Assembly: GCA_010093995.1 (NCBI GenBank)
Contig: ML992541.1
Location: 1 to 39,894, forward strand
DNA from: Elsinoe ampelina
Taxonomy: Eukaryota
Direction of reading: 5' to 3'
DNA length: 39,894 bases
The notes beneath the pieces are model-generated. The model did not search any database and was not told the DNA's origin. It saw only the letters and a program-made list of their open reading frames with translations. This document shows, one piece after another, positions 33,782-39,894 of the stretch (position 1 is its first letter; every line of letters begins with the position of its first letter). Position numbers and translations under genes: made by a program.

Positions 33782-34909
33782 ATGCCCCCCCCTAAAGCCA
33801 CCAGAGTCATGTCCTCCCACCACCCAACCCTCCACCCCCTCCTCCTCCTCTCCGACTCCGCCCTGCCCCTCGGCTCCTTCGCCTTCTCCTCCGGCCTCGA
33901 ATCCTACCTGGCCCACACAAAATACCTCTCCACCCATCCCCCCTCCCAACCTACCTCCCATGGACCTCCCAAACCCCCCACCCCCCACCAATTATCCCAC
34001 TTCCTCAAACAATCCGTCCACAACTCCGCCTCGTCCCTCCTTCCTTTCCTACTGGCGGGCTGGCGTCGCCCGGACTTACTCCTCGACCTCGACGACGCGC
34101 TCGACGCCGCTACGCCGTGTACGGTGGCGAGGAGAGCGAGTACGGCGCAGGGGAAGGCTTTGGGTGTTGTTTGGTCCAGAGCACTGGGGTTTGGATGCAG
34201 GGTTGGGGATGAGGGGGAGGAGGCGGGAGGAGGGGGCGGTCGGGTTGGGTCTGCAGAGGGGGTGGAGGTGGGGAGATGGGAGAGGGATGGTGGAAACAGG
34301 AGGGAGGGAGAGGGAGAGGGTGGGGGTGGAGGGGATCGGCTAGAGGGCAAAGAGGAGAGCGCCGTGGGACGTGCGGAGGGAAGGAGCGCAGAGGAGAGGC
34401 TGCAGGAGGGGCGAATGCGGGCGTGGGATGCCGTGGAGGGGTACGTGGCGTTGCTTGGAAAGAAGTCTGGTAAGGGAATGAAAGGTGGGACAGGTCAGGC
34501 AAAGATGAACGGGGTGGACGCTCTACTGGAGATGGTACCGCAGGGTCATCTCCCGCCGCTCTTTGGGGCCGTCAGTCGTGCCATGGGGCTGGGAGAGGCA
34601 GATGCGGCGTATGTCTTTTTGCTCAATCATGTCAAGGCGGTCTTGAGCGCCATGGTCAGGGCAGGTGTCATGGGACCGTATCAGAGTCAGGGTGTGCTAG
34701 CAGGGAGGGAGGTGGGAAAGTGGATATCAGAAGCGATTGAGGAAGTGAAGACTAGGGGCGGCAAAGGCAGGAATCGAGATCGAGAGGAGGGTGAGATGTC
34801 AGAGGAGGATGTCTGGGCTCTCGTGGAGAGTGCAGGAGTGAGTATACCCGCTATGGATCTATGGATGGGCAGACATGAGCTGTTATATTCGAGGATATTC
34901 AATTCATGA
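33782..34909 (+). CDS. ureF: Urease accessory protein UreF
   Basis: LLLSDSALPLGSFAFSSGLESY, ARRASTAQGKAL, GHLPPLFG, LSAMVRAGVMGPYQSQ and the C-terminal GRHELLYSRIFNS. Confidence 0.93.
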   Translation: MPPPKATRVMSSHHPTLHPLLLLSDSALPLGSFAFSSGLESYLAHTKYLSTHPPSQPTSHGPPKPPTPHQLSHFLKQSVHNSASSLLPFLLAGWRRPDLLLDLDDALDAATPCTVARRASTAQGKALGVVWSRALGFGCRVGDEGEEAGGGGGRVGSAEGVEVGRWERDGGNRREGEGEGGGGGDRLEGKEESAVGRAEGRSAEERLQEGRMRAWDAVEGYVALLGKKSGKGMKGGTGQAKMNGVDALLEMVPQGHLPPLFGAVSRAMGLGEADAAYVFLLNHVKAVLSAMVRAGVMGPYQSQGVLAGREVGKWISEAIEEVKTRGGKGRNRDREEGEMSEEDVWALVESAGVSIPAMDLWMGRHELLYSRIFNS

Positions 34910-34941
34910 TGTCTACAATCTCAGTCCTGTTTGGGAGACTA

Positions 34942-37900
34942 TCATGGTGCTTTCTGCTTCTTCTCCCATACTTCAGTGAAGACCTTGGTAAAAAGCTCCC
35001 ACCACTTCCGCTCTTTCATGGTAAGCTCTCGACCTGGCTTCTTCCAATGTCGATTGACAATCTCTCTAATCTTGGTCCGTAGGACCTTCAGCACCACCAT
35101 CTCCTTCCATGTCCTCACTTTGAACCTCAACCGATTGCCGTCGACGATAATCACACCAGCATACAACTCAAATCGTGCGTCTCCCACCATCAGCAACAAA
35201 GCCATGGCCTCGACCGGTGTCGTCTCTTGCGCATTCGTGAATTTTGAACTGCTCTGCATGATGCTGTAGAAGCTCAAGAATCGAGCCTTTTCGAAAGCTG
35301 GCGAAGGCGAGAGCTTGTTCACGCTTGTCGGATGCAAAGACAAAGATTGGTTGTTGGCGATACTCCGCCAGCCTTTACCCTCTCTAGCCAGAACCTTAGG
35401 ATAGAATGCCCACGCAACAACCGACTGCACTAAAGTCTCGTTGTCCTCGTTAACGGCGTAGCCATTGGGGACAGGGACGAAGCTTCGCCCCCGCGAATGG
35501 CGCATGCGGGAAAGGCTGGCTCGCTCATCGGTAGACAGTAAGATGAAGCCAGCATCCAGAAGTGATGACAGCAATTGACCTTTCAGCTCCTCAATGTTTG
35601 CTAGTGCAGTAGGTGAAAGGAAATTCTTCTTGCAGAATTCAAACTCGGATGCCCCAGGGTTCATGCATACTCTGCGCCATGCTTTATAGGCATTGAAGGT
35701 AGTCAAAAGATCGGAGTCACCACGCTTGAAACCCAGACGGACGGTGTCGGCTTGTCTGCGAGCATGCATGGGATTAAGGAATGGTGTTTTTGAGGACGCA
35801 ATCGCTGCCGTGGTCAGGGTGAAGTCGGCACACGAGTAGATTGCTCCAAGGAGAATGAGCTTCCCAAGCTGTGCATCCAGTGGTAATTTGGCTATTTGCT
35901 GACCAAGAGGAGTAAGCTCTTCCGACGCAGTCAGAGCGCCAACTTCGACCAGAGCATCGATAGCACGGCGAATATTCTTGATAGATGGAGGATCCAGGGC
36001 TTGTGATAGAGCAGTCTCAATATCACCAAGCTTGCAGATCTTCACCCGCATCACGAGATCCTGCAAAGACAATCGAAGCATTTCTGGAGTTTGTTGCTCT
36101 GCGATGATCTTGTCGTGACGATATTTGGTGAAAAGATGAAAGCAGATGCCTTCTTGGACACGTCCAGCTCGTCCTCGGCGCTGCTTCGCATTGGCCCTCG
36201 AGATGAACGACTGTATGAGTCTTGAGAGCTGCCGTCTTTCATCGAAGCGCATTTCTTTATGCTTGCCAGTGTCAATCACGCAGGTGACATCCGGAATAGT
36301 GATACCAGTCTCAGCGATATTGGTGGCAAGTACGATCTTCCGCATACCCTTGGGCGGTACTCTGAATGCTGCTTGCTGCTCATCGCTGGAGAAAGTAGAA
36401 TGCAAGGGGTAAATCTGCCAGCCGTGTGCGAATGACGGATGACCCCCAAGCATGTCCGTCAGCTGTCGGATTTCTGATATACCAGGCAGGAAAATGAGTA
36501 TTGCTTTACTGAAATTCCGCATGTCAGATGCTTTCGCAACATGCTCCAGTATTTGCATGATCAGCTGATAGTCAATCCTGTACTCGTCGAAAGTTCCGAG
36601 AGTTTTGACAGTTGACTTGCTGTATCCGCTAAGTGCGTTGGCATCGGCTTTGCCATTTCTTTGGTCCACCTCCATATCGTCATCTTCGTCAGCATCGTCT
36701 GCTTTTGCCGGCTTCTGATCGTCCATGGTGTATCCGGTCATTTCAATGGCATCCTCGAGATACAACGCTCTGACAGGGAAGGTCCTGCCTGGTACAGTGA
36801 TGATTGGAGCGTTGCCGAGATATTGGGAGAATCGATCGGCATCAACAGTGGCACTCATGAGGACTACCTTGAGATCGGGCCTTCGAACGAGTAGCGACTT
36901 GAGGACGATCAGCAGAAAGTCAGTGTCGATACTCCTCTCGTGGACTTCGTCGATAATAAGATGTGTGAGGTCATCCAATCCTCCCTTGGATTCCAGCATC
37001 CGAAGCACTATACCAACTGTTGCATATACCAAGCGAGTCGATGCTGTCGTTTGAGATTCCAATCGAATTGCATATCCGACCAGTGATCGAGAAGTGCCAA
37101 CAGCATTCTTGCTTTCGCCTAGCTCTTCGCTTACACGTTGAGCAAGTGATATGGCCGATATCCTTCTGGGCTCGGTGCAGTAGATCTGACATGGTTTGCC
37201 TTGAGACAACTGATCTTCGAGGATGAACGACGGCATCTGGGTTGATTTGCCACATCCTGTCTCCCCACAAAGAATCGTGACCTGGTTATTTCGTACAGCG
37301 TCCAGCGCATAATCGCGGAATTGGTACATCGGTAACTGCTTCCGTTGAACAAGCATGTTCTGATACGACTGTATTGAGCATTTTTGGATCCACAATTCTC
37401 GCAGTTGTGGAAGTTCCGTTGGTGGTGTTAGCGATGCCTTGATCGTCCCATTTGGAGTGTTAGTGCCGCTCGCTTTCATGCTCCTATCACGGAACGATTT
37501 GGTGAGAACGACATCTCTGTCTGCGTCTACCTCCCTTTGTCTCTGAATCATGTCTCTCAATTCCTTGACAATAATCCTATTCCCAGCATCCAAAACTTCC
37601 TGTTTTGCATGGTTGAACTCCTGGTAGAGATCCCGGAATGAGGGCGGTAATCTGACTGACGCTTTCTCCTCCTTGACACTGCCCGAGAAGATAGCACACA
37701 CTGCAGCAGTGCATGCGAAACCTTCGCTCTGCTCAGTACCGGATGCAGCAACGTCGACCATTTCTAGTAGAACTGCTCTGCGAGTACTCTCCACTTTGAT
37801 GCCATCCATGTATGTGGCTTCGACAACGTCTTGATCTTTTGACCAATGGATAACCACCGAGTGTCTTGCATGATAGGTCGTTTCCGAGATCATTTTGGTA

Positions 37901-39427
37901 GAGATTTTGCAGCCCTGGTCTCTTGCTTTGCAAGCCTCTTCCAGGACTCGCCTCGGACTTGTGCCTGAAATTTTGCTGAAGTTGCGTGTGGTAACTGCGG
38001 AGGAAGCCAGAGCTCCTGCGGACGAGGAAATCGTCGATGATGGCTTTTCGTTGGAGGTGTCCGCAAACATGCCTTTGAATAGACCAGATTCGCCGTCATC
38101 ACTCTGGGCAAGGATGTCTGCCGCCATCGCTGCTGCTTCCTTACTAGCTTCGTCGGCATCGGAGTAGGTGGGTACCTCAGTTTGCTGTTTCACTTTCGGT
38201 CGTGCTGAAGATACCCCAAGACGTCGGCGTTCAGCATATTGTTGATAGGCGATCGTCCTTTTCTGATGCCACAACAGATCAGCCTGTTGTTGATCAAAGA
38301 GGGGGTCGCTTTTGATGGACTCAAGTCTATGAAGTAGTCTTGTCGCGCCTTTATGCTTCTGATTTGACGTTGAGGCCGAGTTCTGAGCTGCGTTTGATTT
38401 CCGCCCTTGACCGTCGTCGTATATTTCAGGGTCATGCTCGAAGAGACGCAGCTTGTAGTTGACATACTTGGCGAGCATCTCATCTGGCTCAAGATCGCTC
38501 TCACTGTCGCTAACTTGTAGATCAGGAGTCTGCACCCCAGACGAAGCATTGCTTGCCAGGTTGGTCGGCACGATCTTTTTCCATGCCTTCTGCGATTTTG
38601 CATGAGATTCCTTCAGGGTTGCCTGGCGAATACGTTCTTCAACAGCTGAAAGGTGTTAGCATCACCAGGAATTAAGAAATGCCAAATTTACCTTGTTGTG
38701 CTCTCACATCCACAGCCTCTCCCTGCTCAACGACCTCGTAATCGAGCAGTCTGTCAGTCCTGCAGCCTGTCGCAAGCGATTGCAATGCTTCATTGAGCCC
38801 CCATGTACCGAGCGAATCTTCTGGAGGAGGCTTGTTCAACAGGGATAGCAGCACCCGTGTGACTTGGTCTTTCGAGAAATGCAGACCTTCGAGTATAAGA
38901 CGCAAGGCCCATATACGAGATAGGACCACATCTTCACTATTCGTAAGCACAGGTGACATGTCTGAAGCATCATCGTCATCTTTCTCAGCAAGTACCGCAT
39001 CTAATATAGCGTCTTTGGCCTGCCCAGATAGCCACCCAGACACCGGTAGCCATTCTGCTTGACCTCGTAGGACTCTACGATCTGTCTCTAAACGGGAGAT
39101 CTGTCGAGCAGCTTCACGAGACACTTTCGGACCTAGTCTTTCGACCGTCTGCTGTAGATCAGACAGCTCAAGCTGGGCTTCCAGCTCCTCAGGGCTCAGA
39201 TCCTTCAGGTCTTTCTCTTTAATAGTAGGCGACTGAGTTTCCACAGGCTCAGAAGCGCCAGTACTGCCCTTCTGTTTGCTGCCGCCACTGCTGAATGGGG
39301 CCTTTACAACCGGTTCCGGAACTTTTTCTGGTTCATCGACCTTGGTTTTACTAGCAATCGATGTGGTAGCAAACCCTCGAGCAGGATTGCTGGCCGGTTT
39401 CTTCTTCTTCTTCGTCCCACCAGCCAT
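34942..39427 (-). CDS. DEAH-box ATP-dependent RNA helicase (DHX29/DHX57-like); 2 exons (39427-38692, 38645-34942)
   Basis: GETGCGKST, TEPRRISA, DEVHER, LMSAT, ATNIAETGITI and QRRGRAGR, followed by an HA2 region. A 46-nt intron at 38691-38646 (GTAAAT..GCTAAC..CAG) links the N-terminal exon beginning MAGGTKKKKK in frame. Confidence 0.93.
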
Positions 39428-39669
39428 GGCGAAATCAAAAGGAAAGTGCCGATTATGTGGCGTGGAGCTAGAGAAGATGGAGCAAATGTGGGAGTCAATC
39501 TGATGCAGGATCTTCGGAGATGGCGGGCCGCTTTTCCGAGATCGTTGTTGTAATGGAAGGCTGGTACAGCTTCTCTGGTACTGAAGAACTGGTACTGATG
39601 AGTCAGCGCACGCACAGTAGATAAATCGGTTATTGTAACTCTCTGAATGAAACATACGTCTCTCGATCC

Positions 39670-39894
39670 GATTTGCTAGTTATAACAGGTTATAAGCCCG
39701 GCGCTTCTATAAAAGCACTTAAAGCTATAGCAAATTAAGCATGTCATTATTAAAAGGATTACTAAGCCGCCTATACTGAATTCTAGACTAGCTACATTGA
39801 GACAAACACTTATAGTAGCCCGCATTAACCCTTTAATTAAACGGTTTAAACGGCTTAAACAAGCTAATTACATTAATTAAATTAATAGGCCTTT
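39670..39894. mobile_element. Edge of an AT-rich, probably RIP-degraded repeat or transposon relic
   Basis: Abrupt drop in GC content, abundant TpA (TATA, TTAA, CTAG, TTAATTAA) and many stop codons. Element identity is not recognisable. Confidence 0.55.

Noticed and set aside
39825..39832. Telomere-like TAACCCT
   Set aside because: Single copy only, expected by chance.

Overview
Gene-dense eukaryotic DNA from a filamentous ascomycete, probably a Dothideomycete (inferred from the 44-65 nt GT-AG introns with CTRAY-type branch points and the gene content). I support 14 protein-coding genes: a coiled-coil hypothetical, an STE3-type pheromone receptor, an HPP membrane protein, a 3x-repeat protein, a small secreted Cys-rich precursor, a low-complexity hypothetical, SAC3, a DUF2841/YDR124W-like protein, a YCF1-type ABC transporter, CWC2, RAI1, a SIS1-type Hsp40 with a heat-shock element, UreF and a DEAH-box helicase. 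The window ends in a TpA-rich, RIP-like edge. The main finding is a divergent gene pair at about 6985-9570. One gene encodes a secreted signal/pro-domain/RR/six-Cys (Avr9-like knottin spacing) precursor. Its pro-domain aligns without gaps to a module present in three tandem copies in the neighbouring signal-less protein. A degenerate ~118-137 bp tandem array with internal palindromes lies between the two genes. This looks like an undescribed effector/toxin plus cognate chaperone or immunity cassette. Secondary findings are repeated C-rich-to-G-rich skew islands independent of gene orientation, a GC-AG intron and an 8-nt micro-exon. All family calls come from motif recognition by eye; no searches were run.
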